Shown piece after piece: positions 45,444 through 54,102 of a stretch of DNA of 54,102 nucleotides; position 1 is the stretch's first letter; each line of letters starts with the position of its first letter. Source of the stretch: a virus (taxonomy: Duplodnaviria > Caudoviricetes); the IMG/VR virus record IMGVR_UViG_3300012988_000019, positions 1 through 54,102 of that record; one strand, written 5' to 3'. The translations under genes were made by a program, and so were the position numbers. Below the pieces are notes generated by a model. The model had not been told where the DNA came from and did not search any database. It was given only the letters and a program-made list of their open reading frames with translations.

Positions 45444-46913
45444 CTACGGCTTCTCGACGGTCAGCAGACCGGGTCGGTTACTAGCAGAAATCCAGGTCAC
45501 CTGACCGGTACCACCGGCGCGATAAACCCAGACCCCATAAGTAACAGAGCCCTCGGGGGGAGTGTCCTTAGTACGAAGAATGACCGTAGAAGGCACTCCG
45601 GCGTAGGGCACCAGGATCACGAAGTTACCGACCTCGGGATCGGTTGTAGCAGTACCTCGACGGATGATGATGCCCAGTCGGTCATTGGCCACTGTGCACT
45701 GAAGGTGGCCAGAGAGCTCGAGCAGCAGGTCACTACCAGTAGCGGCGACCGTTACCGTCAGCTGAGACATCAGGACCTGAGTACTGTCAGTCGGGCCATA
45801 GTTCACTACCGACTGGCTCAGTCCGATCTTCCCTCGAGCCTCGAGCGCAGTAACTCGATTGGTCAGGTTCTGCTGAAGTGCAGTGACTGCGGCCTTGAAT
45901 ACCGCTGCGGTGATGGCGCTCTTGGTAGTGTCAGTACCCGTGGTGATCTGAGCCTGGGTGAGAGCCGGTAGAGCAGTACCGTCCGCACCAGCAGGACCAG
46001 TGATGGAAGAGAGAGAGACCAGGTTGCTCCACACCGGGTCACCGACATACTGCCACTGGATGTAGCCACCCGAGACGCGAAGCTGGACCTGCCTCCCGTC
46101 CGCACCAGGGTTACCATTCGACCCATCGGCACCCTTCGGGAGACCCAGGTTCAGCACCTGGTTAGGGGCCGCCCCCGTAATACTCGCCTGCGGGGTCGAG
46201 GTCGAAGTGACGCTGCCGATCGTCAGGGAGTTGGGCGGTCCGGCTTCTCCATCGTCGCCCTTATCGCCCTTGAGCCCCTGGGGGCCCTGCAGGTCGGCCA
46301 GCATGACGAGAGATGCCCAGAGAGTCGTTCCCGAGTACCGCCACTCGATAGCCGTGTCGCTGGCCCGCAGCTCGACCTCTCGACCATCAGCACCCTGGAT
46401 CATGCCGCCACCGGCGATGATGTCCTGAATCTGCTGGTAGATCTCCTGGATGTCGGCCCAGTCCTCGTGAGTCACCAGCTCGACCGTACCCGGGTCAGGC
46501 GAGACAGGCACGATTGTGGTGAGATCGACCTCGGTGTCGGGCGGAACTTCGATGATCACGGGCGACGGCTGCTGGGTCGAGGTAAGACCATCGAACTGGA
46601 AGGTGGCAGTCCACTGGATGTTGCTCGGCTGACCCTCCGGCTGCTCCGAAGCGACCAGGTTAACTCCGGGTTCGGTGTTGCCCTCTGCAGTAAGCCAGCC
46701 ATCGACCAGGGTGCAAACAATGGGCGAAATCACCGCGAGGCGTGCTGGGTCGGTAGTCGGGAACCGCATGATGCGGACGTTGGGCGTGAGCGTGATGGTG
46801 CCGCCCAGAGGCAGCTCCTCGGGCAGGTTACCCGGGTCGTCACTGTCAGCCACCACCAGGACGAACCGCCCGACTACCCGACCGTAGCGGACCTCACTGG
46901 GAACATCGGCCAT
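45444..46913 (-). CDS. Tail fibre / minor tail protein with collagen-like repeats
   Basis: GPQGLKGDKGD; two DGRxVxLR..IxWxY units. Confidence 0.75.
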   Translation of the reverse strand: MADVPSEVRYGRVVGRFVLVVADSDDPGNLPEELPLGGTITLTPNVRIMRFPTTDPARLAVISPIVCTLVDGWLTAEGNTEPGVNLVASEQPEGQPSNIQWTATFQFDGLTSTQQPSPVIIEVPPDTEVDLTTIVPVSPDPGTVELVTHEDWADIQEIYQQIQDIIAGGGMIQGADGREVELRASDTAIEWRYSGTTLWASLVMLADLQGPQGLKGDKGDDGEAGPPNSLTIGSVTSTSTPQASITGAAPNQVLNLGLPKGADGSNGNPGADGRQVQLRVSGGYIQWQYVGDPVWSNLVSLSSITGPAGADGTALPALTQAQITTGTDTTKSAITAAVFKAAVTALQQNLTNRVTALEARGKIGLSQSVVNYGPTDSTQVLMSQLTVTVAATGSDLLLELSGHLQCTVANDRLGIIIRRGTATTDPEVGNFVILVPYAGVPSTVILRTKDTPPEGSVTYGVWVYRAGGTGQVTWISASNRPGLLTVEKP

Positions 46914-46933
46914 TGAAACCTCCAGGGGTTAAA

Positions 46934-46968
46934 GCCGGGGCCTCGAGTATCGCACCCGAGACCCCGGC
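46934..46968 (-). terminator. Hairpin after holin
   Basis: GCCGGGG..CTCG...CGAG.CCCCGGC followed by TTT on the minus strand. Confidence 0.55.
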
Positions 46969-46973
46969 GGTCG

Positions 46974-47330
46974 TCAGCCCTCGATCGTCTTGTCGTTACT
47001 GAGGGAGCCGGTCGAGTTGCCGATGGCCTGCGCCTTGTCGGTCAGGCCGGTCGGCTTCAGCAGGCCGAAGTGGAACCCCACACCGATCACGAAGGTGACG
47101 ATGGCCTGGAGCAGGGCGAGCCCCAGGTCGAAGCTCTCCACCCCGTTCTGGAAGGCCGAGAGCATCTCCGTGAGCAGCGCGGTGATCACCGACAGGGCCA
47201 GCAGGAGCAGCGCCTTGAGCGAGCTCGAGGTGGTGTACTTGGTGACCAGGCCCACCGCCAGCGGCAGCAGCACGGGCAGGATGAACAGCTGCAGGATGAT
47301 CCAGCCGGAGAGGCTGAAGGTGAACTCCAT
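46974..47330 (-). CDS. Holin
   Basis: AGGAGG RBS; 3 TM helices; LPLAVGLVTK...GLLKPTG. Confidence 0.8.
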   Translation of the reverse strand: MEFTFSLSGWIILQLFILPVLLPLAVGLVTKYTTSSSLKALLLLALSVITALLTEMLSAFQNGVESFDLGLALLQAIVTFVIGVGFHFGLLKPTGLTDKAQAIGNSTGSLSNDKTIEG

Positions 47331-47338
47331 GGAGCCTC

Positions 47339-47635
47339 CTAGTGATTGTGTCCGGAAGCAGGAGCCCGGTTGGACACCTGCACCCCCGGCTCGATTTTGC
47401 CGGACCAGGGGTAGAAGGAGTACTTGCAGATGGTCGCTCTCGTTTCCGAGAGATAGGACTGTTGGATGCACTGGTTCAAGTAGAGCGTGTGCATCCAGAT
47501 CGCGAAGTAGGCCGTGAGTACCAGCAGGATGAGCTCCTTCAGCCTCCGCCTGCTCCACTTCTGGCGTTCGAGTCGGCGAGCGTAGCGGATCGCCTGCTTC
47601 GCCTCGTCGACCACCTCCTTGGCCTGGTCGGTCAT
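47339..47635 (-). CDS. Membrane protein (lysis cassette)
   Basis: One TM helix. Confidence 0.65.
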   Translation of the reverse strand: MTDQAKEVVDEAKQAIRYARRLERQKWSRRRLKELILLVLTAYFAIWMHTLYLNQCIQQSYLSETRATICKYSFYPWSGKIEPGVQVSNRAPASGHNH

Positions 47636-48114
47636 GCCGTCCCCCTCTGCCGGAGGACCCTGAGTTCCCCCTCGGCAGCAGCCAGAGCCTGCCGGGCCAG
47701 GTTCAGCTCGCTCTGCAGCGTTGAGATGGTCACCTGGTACTCGAGGTTCTGTCGAGTGAGTGTTCGGGCCTCCGCCCGTGACTCGTTCAGCTCCGTCCTC
47801 GTCTGGCTCAGCTGGCTCTGGATTGCATCCAGTCTTGTGTTCGCATCAGCGAGCATCTCGAGTACCGTGTCGAGTGCCCGACCGACGGCCAACTCGAGCG
47901 GATCGGCCATCGCCTCCGGCGCAGCCTTCGGTGTGGGAAGCTGGGTCACCGTGGCCTCCTGTTTGACCTCGGCCTTGTGTTCCTGCACGGGCTTTTCCTC
48001 ACCCCCCTCTTTGGCATCGCGGCGATTATCCACGAGCAGCTTGGTGAGAAGGGTGAGCAGGCCCGTGAGCGCGACACCGAAGAATGCCCAGGCTTCACCG
48101 GGAAGGTCTCCCAT
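47632..48114 (-). CDS. Membrane protein with coiled coil (lysis cassette)
   Basis: N-terminal TM helix plus heptad repeats. Confidence 0.7.
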   Translation of the reverse strand: MGDLPGEAWAFFGVALTGLLTLLTKLLVDNRRDAKEGGEEKPVQEHKAEVKQEATVTQLPTPKAAPEAMADPLELAVGRALDTVLEMLADANTRLDAIQSQLSQTRTELNESRAEARTLTRQNLEYQVTISTLQSELNLARQALAAAEGELRVLRQRGTA

Positions 48115-48140
48115 ACCCCCTCCTTACCTGGGTACTGGTA

Positions 48141-49106
48141 CTAGAAGCGACCAGCGTTGAGCGCGTTCTGCATGGCCGCGACTGCCGGCGAGTGCCGCCA
48201 GAGCTCCCCGTCGACGACCGTGCCGTAGCGGCGCTGCAGGCCCTTGTAGAACTCCGTGCCCGCCACCCCGTCGATCTTGCCCGTGTACTGGCCGGCAGCC
48301 GCCATGATCTCCATCATCCGGCGGATGAGGGGCGAACCGCTGGTGCCCTTGACCCAGTTCCACACCCAGCCCGAGACCATCGCCGGCTGAGCGTTCGGCT
48401 TGTACTGGTACCAGACCTCACCATCGGCGACGAGACCCAGCACCTCCTGGGCGCGCTTGGTCGTCTTGGTGCCCCAGTCACCATCGGGGTCGAGGTGGTT
48501 CGACGGCACCGGGGTGGGCGCCGGCGTCGGGGTCGGCGTCGGGGTGGGAGACGGCGAGGGCTGCGCGTTGCCTCCGTTGAAGATGCTGGGGATCTGCGCG
48601 ATCTTGGCGTTCCCCGGGCAGATCTTGCCCGACTTGCGGGAGTAGAGCACGCCGCCCACCGAGGTCGGGTAACCCGGCACGCCGAGGCGGTGGTAGCTCA
48701 GGCCCTTGTTCTCGTCGTTGACCGCCCGGGACGAGGTCGCCAGCTTGTTCTTGATGCCGTGGGTGTCCCGAGCCCACTGCCAGATGCGGGCGAGCGAGAC
48801 GAGCTGAGCAGCGGTCCAGGGCTCGTTCTGCGCGTCCTTGAGACCCCCCTGGGTCTCGATGGAGATGGTCGCGTCGTTGCCCTGGTAGTCGGCCTTGGAC
48901 TGGAACTCGGTGTCCATGTACTGCTCGATCGTGCCGTCCTTCGCGACGTAGAAGTGCGAGCAGTCGCCGACCCCCGAGAAGTAGCCGAACAGCGACGAGG
49001 CCTCGGAGACCGCGACGTGCAGGTTGACTCGGTTGTAGACCGCCATCTTCGCGCCCTTGTTGTGGCGAGCGATGAGGCGGTGGTTCACTCCCGGCATGAG
49101 TGCCAT
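48141..49106 (-). CDS. Endolysin (N-acetylmuramoyl-L-alanine amidase plus PG-binding domains)
   Basis: LHVAVS, SHFYV..DGTIEQY, SIET, YH, KICPG; (PT)n linker; DGDWG.KT and DGVAG repeats. Confidence 0.92.
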   Translation of the reverse strand: MALMPGVNHRLIARHNKGAKMAVYNRVNLHVAVSEASSLFGYFSGVGDCSHFYVAKDGTIEQYMDTEFQSKADYQGNDATISIETQGGLKDAQNEPWTAAQLVSLARIWQWARDTHGIKNKLATSSRAVNDENKGLSYHRLGVPGYPTSVGGVLYSRKSGKICPGNAKIAQIPSIFNGGNAQPSPSPTPTPTPTPAPTPVPSNHLDPDGDWGTKTTKRAQEVLGLVADGEVWYQYKPNAQPAMVSGWVWNWVKGTSGSPLIRRMMEIMAAAGQYTGKIDGVAGTEFYKGLQRRYGTVVDGELWRHSPAVAAMQNALNAGRF

Positions 49107-49116
49107 GGGGTTCCTC

Positions 49117-49362
49117 CTATCCTTCCGACCCGGATGAGTCGGAGTCCTGGGTGCGGAGCCGGGTGAGCTCCGCCTCGAGCTGGTTGACCCGGTCCTGGTT
49201 CGCTTCGAGCTGCGCGGCCATACCCCGCCACTGCTCCATCAGCGACTCCCGTTCGACGGTCAGCTGGTTCACCTGCAGCGTGGCGAACGCCAGCTGCTTG
49301 ATGTAGAGGTTCACGATCGGACTATCCGTAAACTCCTGCGAGTTCTCCGGGTTCTGGGCCAT
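49117..49362 (-). CDS. Coiled-coil hypothetical protein
   Basis: AGGAGG RBS. Confidence 0.65.
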   Translation of the reverse strand: MAQNPENSQEFTDSPIVNLYIKQLAFATLQVNQLTVERESLMEQWRGMAAQLEANQDRVNQLEAELTRLRTQDSDSSGSEG

Positions 49363-49437
49363 TGTCCCTCCTGGGGGTATTGATGGATCAAACCTATCAT
49401 GCGAGCTGGAGAAGTGTTGAAGAGCTGATTCCCGAAC

Positions 49438-52400
49438 TCAGATCATCTTGTGCTCGGGACCCGCCCCCACCTTCTCAATCTCGACGTCGAACTCGAAGCC
49501 CGAGCGAACTGCCTGCACCAGCCAAGAGAACCGTCGACCAGGCTCTCCGTAGACCGTGAAGCGGCCATCCTCGATCTCATCCACACCGATGGGGTACGGC
49601 TTGCCGACGGCGCTCACCAGCACGGCTCGCTTGTCCTTGTCCGTCAGTGGCTCGAAGTAGTCAGGGAGGATGATGACTGCGGTGCCATCCTCGCCGATCA
49701 CATCGTCACCAGTGCCGCCGACCCCGTTCCAGTAGTGAACACCCGAAGCGGGCGCCTCAGTGGCAGCGTGAACGAGGCTCATGTCGTCCTTGGTCGGGTG
49801 GTCCATGACGAAGCTCTTGTTACCCGTCACAAACAGGCCGTTCATCGGTCGCAGAACCCCATAGACATCCATGTAGGCAGTGCCATCGGTGTTTCGCCAG
49901 GAGTTGATGCGACCGTGACTGTTGTCACCCCAGCCGATCGACCAGTCACCACTCCAGAGCAGCACCAGTCCCCGGCGGTTGTCATTCAGGAAGGCGTTGC
50001 CCGTGTAGACCGCAAGGCCCTGCGAGCCCACCTTGACCTGAGTACGTGCCGCCGCGTTGAAGCCAGGCTGATGAGGCGAGTCGATAGCCACCGAGTATCG
50101 CTCAGCATACATACCGCCCCACTGAGAGGGGTCGGTAGTATCGGTTCCCGTACCCGGATAGTACACTGCCGGGACAACGCCGTAGCGCGCAGTCTGGTAA
50201 GAATCCGCAGAGACTCGAACCCGGTAAGCGATGTCAGATGAGGCGGGCTTCGACTCAAACTGACCGGCAGTGATCGAAGCCCCAGCACCGTCGAGAACGA
50301 TAGTCTGGTTACCACTGCCATCGTACATCCGGATGGTGCTCGGCGAAAGCTCGAGAGCAGGGGCTCCCGACTGCAGGAAGAAGACACTACCGAGGCGAAT
50401 GGCGTTGGTGTTATTGCTGAACGACCCATCCCCGTTGTTCTGGAAGACGAGTCGAACGTGAGTAATACCCGTGGCGAAAGCTCGAGTCCAACTAACATAA
50501 GCCCAGGCGTTAACCACATTGCCTCGAGCCCAGTTAGTCGTACCCATGTCGCTGAAGGTCTGGCCCCCGTCAGTACTGACCAGGTAGCGAAGACCAACCT
50601 CCTGCACAGTAGAAACCAGGGGCATCAGGAAGATGGTCAGCTTGTAGTCGATACCGGGAGTAACGGGGATGGGGTCGCTGACGATGCGACCACCAGTCTC
50701 AAGGGCATTACCCTGGCGAAGAACTGCGTTGCCCCGACCGACATAAGCAGTACCCAGGCCGTACTGGAACCCCTGCTCACTAGCCTGAGAAGTGCGAGGC
50801 TCGTAAATCCAGCCCGGGATGGTGGGCCCGAAAGCCCCCGGGTTCGGCGGCGGGTAAATGCCCATGTCGCTGAAGTCGCCATTGCGAATCAGGTTAGTGC
50901 TCACTGTACCAATCGCGAGCGAGCGGGCCTGCACGGCCCCTGCGGCGATCTGTTCTGCCTTCACCGATCCAGCAGCGAGCTCATTGGTCGTGACCGAGTT
51001 TGCTTCGAGGTCAGGCCCAGAGATTCGCTGGACCATGATCTCCGACTGCTCCGACTGCTCAGACTCGTTGCTAGAGGTGTCGGTGGCAGTAAACCAGAAC
51101 GTCTGAGTCTGAACGGGCAGTCCGCTCAGAACGATCAGACCACCCCCCTGACCGCGAGAACCTCCGCGGATAGTACCGACCTGCTCCGCACCAATCGTAC
51201 CCAGTCTCCACACCCGGACGAAGGCGAAGTCTGCCGGCATCACACCGCCAGTCTCGTTCTTACCATCCCACTGGATTGTGACAGTACCCAGCTTGCTCGA
51301 CAGAACCGGCTTGCTCGGGGCGGGGGGAGCCTGGTCCTCGGTGGCAGTGGTGTGAGGCACTACCGTCGAGTACTGACCCAGCACTCCACTCGAGCTACGG
51401 GCACGCACTCGGAACTGATACGCCGTACCGATGGGCAGTCCGGGGAAGGAGAGGCTGTTGCTCGGCGTCTCAGTCAGGAGGGCCCAAGGTGCACTACCAC
51501 CATTCAGTCGGTACTCGACCTGGTAGCCATTGACCTCAATAGCCCCGCCATCCGTCGCGGTGTCAACAACAGTCCAGCCCATCGTGACCTGAGCTCGGGG
51601 TGATCCCAGCTCGATGTAGGCCGTGCTGTCCACCGTAAGCGCCTGGGGGGCGACGGGGGTACGAGTGTCGTTCGAGGGAGGCGTCGGACGACCTCCTGAG
51701 CCACCAGCAGTAGCGCCGCCGGTGATGCCATTGGTCTTCTTGGCGTTGCGGATCTCCCGCTCGACGAAGCGGTCGTTGAGGATGAGGTCGATCTGCTGCT
51801 TCTCGCCAGTCGCCCGGCTGCCGTTGATCTGGCGCACTCGGTAGGGCTCAGAGCCCTGCTCAGAGGGCCCCGTCACGTAGTCACCAGGGAAGAAGTCGAT
51901 GAAGGGGTGGTACGTAGTCGTATCCATCTTCATCTCAGCGGTATACTGGATGCGCTCCTGAGAGCCATCCTCCAGCAGAGCCTCACCGAGAAGCTGCATC
52001 GTGGTCTTGTCACTGACCCCCGAGTTGGACACCGAGGTCTCCCAGTGACCCCACGGCATGGTGATGCCCGTGTTGGTCAGGGGGAGGCTTACCCCGCCAT
52101 CGCCGATGACGAGAGCCTTGTCGACCAGCTCCTCGATACTGCCCTGAATCGGGAGTGCCTTGACATCCACACCGGGCTTGAGGGTGACCGGGCGAGTCGT
52201 GGAGAGCGCAGTGTCGGAGTTGTACAGCTGGAGCGTGCGACCCTGGAAGCGCCAGTCGCACATGCTCTGCTGAGCGAGGTTGTCCAGGATGGTGTAGAGG
52301 TTCGCCCCGGGCTCGTAGTAGATCGTGATGACCTTGTTCCACGGGTTACCCGCAGAGTCATGGGTCGTCGAGAAGTCGTACGTGAGCCCCGGAACGGTAC

Positions 52401-52824
52401 CGCGAGAGTGGGCCTCGTCGAGCAGGGTCTTCACGATAGTGCCGACCGTCGCGCTCAGGAACGGCCGCTTCCCATCAGCGTTGAGCCCCGTGGTCTGCCA
52501 CTGCAGCACCTTCTTGAGCTGCCAGCCGTAGCCAGTGAAGGAGTACTCACGAGTGTTGTGAGCACCGATCTTCTCGTACTTCCGGTTGAGTCGGATGTAC
52601 CGCCCGTTCGGAATCTCTGCCCAAGTCTCACCCGTCTTCGACGCCTCGACCGCGACCTCCATGTAGTTCTGGAGAAGGTCGTAGCCCGGCGAGTCGGGAC
52701 GGTAGTTGAAGGAACAGGAGCCCACCTCGTTGAAGGGGCTGCCGAAGCTGACTCCGATGGGCGCGGAGAGCATGCCCAGGCGGGCACCGTTGGGCTCGTA
52801 AGCCACCACTCGGAAGAGAGTCAC
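49438..52824 (-). CDS. Large minor tail protein (hub, fibronectin-III-like, carbohydrate-binding-like)
   Basis: Follows Dit; GL..GT.YQFRVRA FN3 motif; NLIRNGDF; C-terminal KSFVMDHP..LVHA..E domain. Confidence 0.85.
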   Translation of the reverse strand: MTLFRVVAYEPNGARLGMLSAPIGVSFGSPFNEVGSCSFNYRPDSPGYDLLQNYMEVAVEASKTGETWAEIPNGRYIRLNRKYEKIGAHNTREYSFTGYGWQLKKVLQWQTTGLNADGKRPFLSATVGTIVKTLLDEAHSRGTVPGLTYDFSTTHDSAGNPWNKVITIYYEPGANLYTILDNLAQQSMCDWRFQGRTLQLYNSDTALSTTRPVTLKPGVDVKALPIQGSIEELVDKALVIGDGGVSLPLTNTGITMPWGHWETSVSNSGVSDKTTMQLLGEALLEDGSQERIQYTAEMKMDTTTYHPFIDFFPGDYVTGPSEQGSEPYRVRQINGSRATGEKQQIDLILNDRFVEREIRNAKKTNGITGGATAGGSGGRPTPPSNDTRTPVAPQALTVDSTAYIELGSPRAQVTMGWTVVDTATDGGAIEVNGYQVEYRLNGGSAPWALLTETPSNSLSFPGLPIGTAYQFRVRARSSSGVLGQYSTVVPHTTATEDQAPPAPSKPVLSSKLGTVTIQWDGKNETGGVMPADFAFVRVWRLGTIGAEQVGTIRGGSRGQGGGLIVLSGLPVQTQTFWFTATDTSSNESEQSEQSEIMVQRISGPDLEANSVTTNELAAGSVKAEQIAAGAVQARSLAIGTVSTNLIRNGDFSDMGIYPPPNPGAFGPTIPGWIYEPRTSQASEQGFQYGLGTAYVGRGNAVLRQGNALETGGRIVSDPIPVTPGIDYKLTIFLMPLVSTVQEVGLRYLVSTDGGQTFSDMGTTNWARGNVVNAWAYVSWTRAFATGITHVRLVFQNNGDGSFSNNTNAIRLGSVFFLQSGAPALELSPSTIRMYDGSGNQTIVLDGAGASITAGQFESKPASSDIAYRVRVSADSYQTARYGVVPAVYYPGTGTDTTDPSQWGGMYAERYSVAIDSPHQPGFNAAARTQVKVGSQGLAVYTGNAFLNDNRRGLVLLWSGDWSIGWGDNSHGRINSWRNTDGTAYMDVYGVLRPMNGLFVTGNKSFVMDHPTKDDMSLVHAATEAPASGVHYWNGVGGTGDDVIGEDGTAVIILPDYFEPLTDKDKRAVLVSAVGKPYPIGVDEIEDGRFTVYGEPGRRFSWLVQAVRSGFEFDVEIEKVGAGPEHKMI

Positions 52825-53753
52825 AGGTAGGCCCTCCCCATCCTCAGGTCGATCTGGGCCGGTTCGGAGTCGTTCTTGATCACCGAAGCCCAGTAGCGGT
52901 TAGGTGTGGAGGGGAAGAGGTCGAACCCAGCCTCCGGCTCGAAGACGAACCCCCCGTTACCCGTCAGCTCGAGGTAGTTACGGGCATCAGTACCCGCAGT
53001 GATGTCCCAGGTCGCAGAGGTCTGCTTGCGGGCGTTGAGCGTCTTCAGATCGATCAGAAGAAACTCGGTGGGCTGAAGCAGAGCCGTCGGGCGAATGACC
53101 AGCCCGTGATCCACGAGACCTCGATCGCGGATCGTCAACGTAGCCCCAGAGGCCAGCTGACCTTCCACTCGAAGGAGGCCCTCACCCATCGGGGCAGTAG
53201 AGTCGCCCGCGATGTTGAGCTCGGTGAGGTCCAGGGTGTTCGTGCCCTGAGTGACCTCCATCCCATTGGTGTACTGGTCCTGACTGTACCAGAAGGCCCC
53301 GGGCAGCTCGATCACCGCAGTGAGCCGAGCAACCCGCTCGTTGATGTACTCGACAGCGAGCGAGCCGATCATGCGCGCAGTCGCCTCCCTGATGAGTCCT
53401 GAGGCGACGTTAAAGGTCCTGTTGGCCCTTTGCCGATTGGTCGGCGCGCTGCGAAGCGGAGAGATCTGGGGGGCGGATGTGAGCTTCAGGATGGGTGCGC
53501 TGAACAGCGACTGCAGGGCGGTGAGCAGCTGGTAGAACTCCTCGCGGTTAGCAGCTTCCAGGTTGAGCACCAGGGTGTGCTGACCGGCACCGAAGTAAGC
53601 CGGACCAGTGGCATCCACACCATGATAGGCGATCTGGTCAGTCGAGGGGGCCGCGCGACTCACCGTGTTCAGAAGCGACGACCGGGTGTAATCCGGCCGC
53701 CACTTCTGAAGCGGGTCTCGCATGGGCACCCCGTTGATGATCAGGTCTCTCAT
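52821..53753 (-). CDS. Distal tail (Dit-like) minor tail protein
   Basis: 310 aa immediately after the tape measure. Confidence 0.7.
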   Translation of the reverse strand: MRDLIINGVPMRDPLQKWRPDYTRSSLLNTVSRAAPSTDQIAYHGVDATGPAYFGAGQHTLVLNLEAANREEFYQLLTALQSLFSAPILKLTSAPQISPLRSAPTNRQRANRTFNVASGLIREATARMIGSLAVEYINERVARLTAVIELPGAFWYSQDQYTNGMEVTQGTNTLDLTELNIAGDSTAPMGEGLLRVEGQLASGATLTIRDRGLVDHGLVIRPTALLQPTEFLLIDLKTLNARKQTSATWDITAGTDARNYLELTGNGGFVFEPEAGFDLFPSTPNRYWASVIKNDSEPAQIDLRMGRAYL

Positions 53754-53765
53754 GGGAGTATCTCC

Positions 53766-54102
53766 TTAGACATCAACGGCAGCAGCGAGCTGCAGTGCCT
53801 TGTCGGTGGTTTCCGAGTCGCGCTCGGTCACCGGGTTGTTGATCGTGACCTCCTGGTTCACCACTCGCTGAGGCTGAGAGGCGAGCTGGGCAGCGACCTG
53901 CTCTGCCAGCTGGTTCGTGGGCGGCATGCTGGTCGCAGTGGCCAGCTGAGCAGAGAGGTTCGCAGTACCAGCCATGCTGCTGAGCTGAGACTGCATCGCC
54001 TGGGCCTGAGCCACCCGGTCGGCCAGGGTGGTAAGACCCGAGTCGACGGCAGTGGGATCGAAGCCCATGTTCTCACCCATGCGGGAGATACCGTTGCCGA
54101 GA
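53766..54102 (-). CDS. Tape measure protein C-terminus (partial)
   Basis: Open from the window edge; ends VNQEVTINNP...; Ala/Gln-rich. Confidence 0.65.
   Translation of the reverse strand, partial: LGNGISRMGENMGFDPTAVDSGLTTLADRVAQAQAMQSQLSSMAGTANLSAQLATATSMPPTNQLAEQVAAQLASQPQRVVNQEVTINNPVTERDSETTDKALQLAAAVDV

Noticed and set aside
1-54102. Integrase, immunity repressor or att site
   Set aside because: No recombinase motifs recognised; the part of the genome between capsid and tape measure is outside the window, so lifestyle is not proven.

Overview
54 kb of a high-GC tailed dsDNA actinobacteriophage (siphovirus-like), apparently circularly permuted, with most genes on the minus strand. From right to left: tape-measure C-terminus, minor tail proteins, endolysin/holin and two paralogous collagen-like tail fibres (54.1-44 kb). 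Next come a plus-strand HTH gene and a tRNA-like RNA (43 kb). The replication and nucleotide-metabolism module (42.8-17.5 kb) has an SF2 helicase, NMP kinase, dUTPase-like enzyme, two thymidylate-synthase-fold proteins, dCMP deaminase, PolA with a UDG-like N-terminus, PD-(D/E)XK nuclease, AAA ATPase, SSB, VRR-NUC and a RepB-type primase-helicase. A repeat-rich, lower-GC region is a probable genome end (17.5-12.9 kb). Small accessory genes follow, including a sortase-anchored LAxTG surface protein, then terminase, portal, scaffold and major capsid (7.3 kb to 1). No integrase was recognised. Highlights: about 60 evenly spaced GGTGTGG motifs (candidate primase sites); a paired TS-fold cassette suggesting modified DNA; a mirror-repeat LAxTG protein; an Ala-identity tRNA-like RNA with about 50 extra nt; two promoter-driven structured ncRNA candidates; and about 15 apparently leaderless genes. 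All calls come from reading motifs by eye; no database searches were run.
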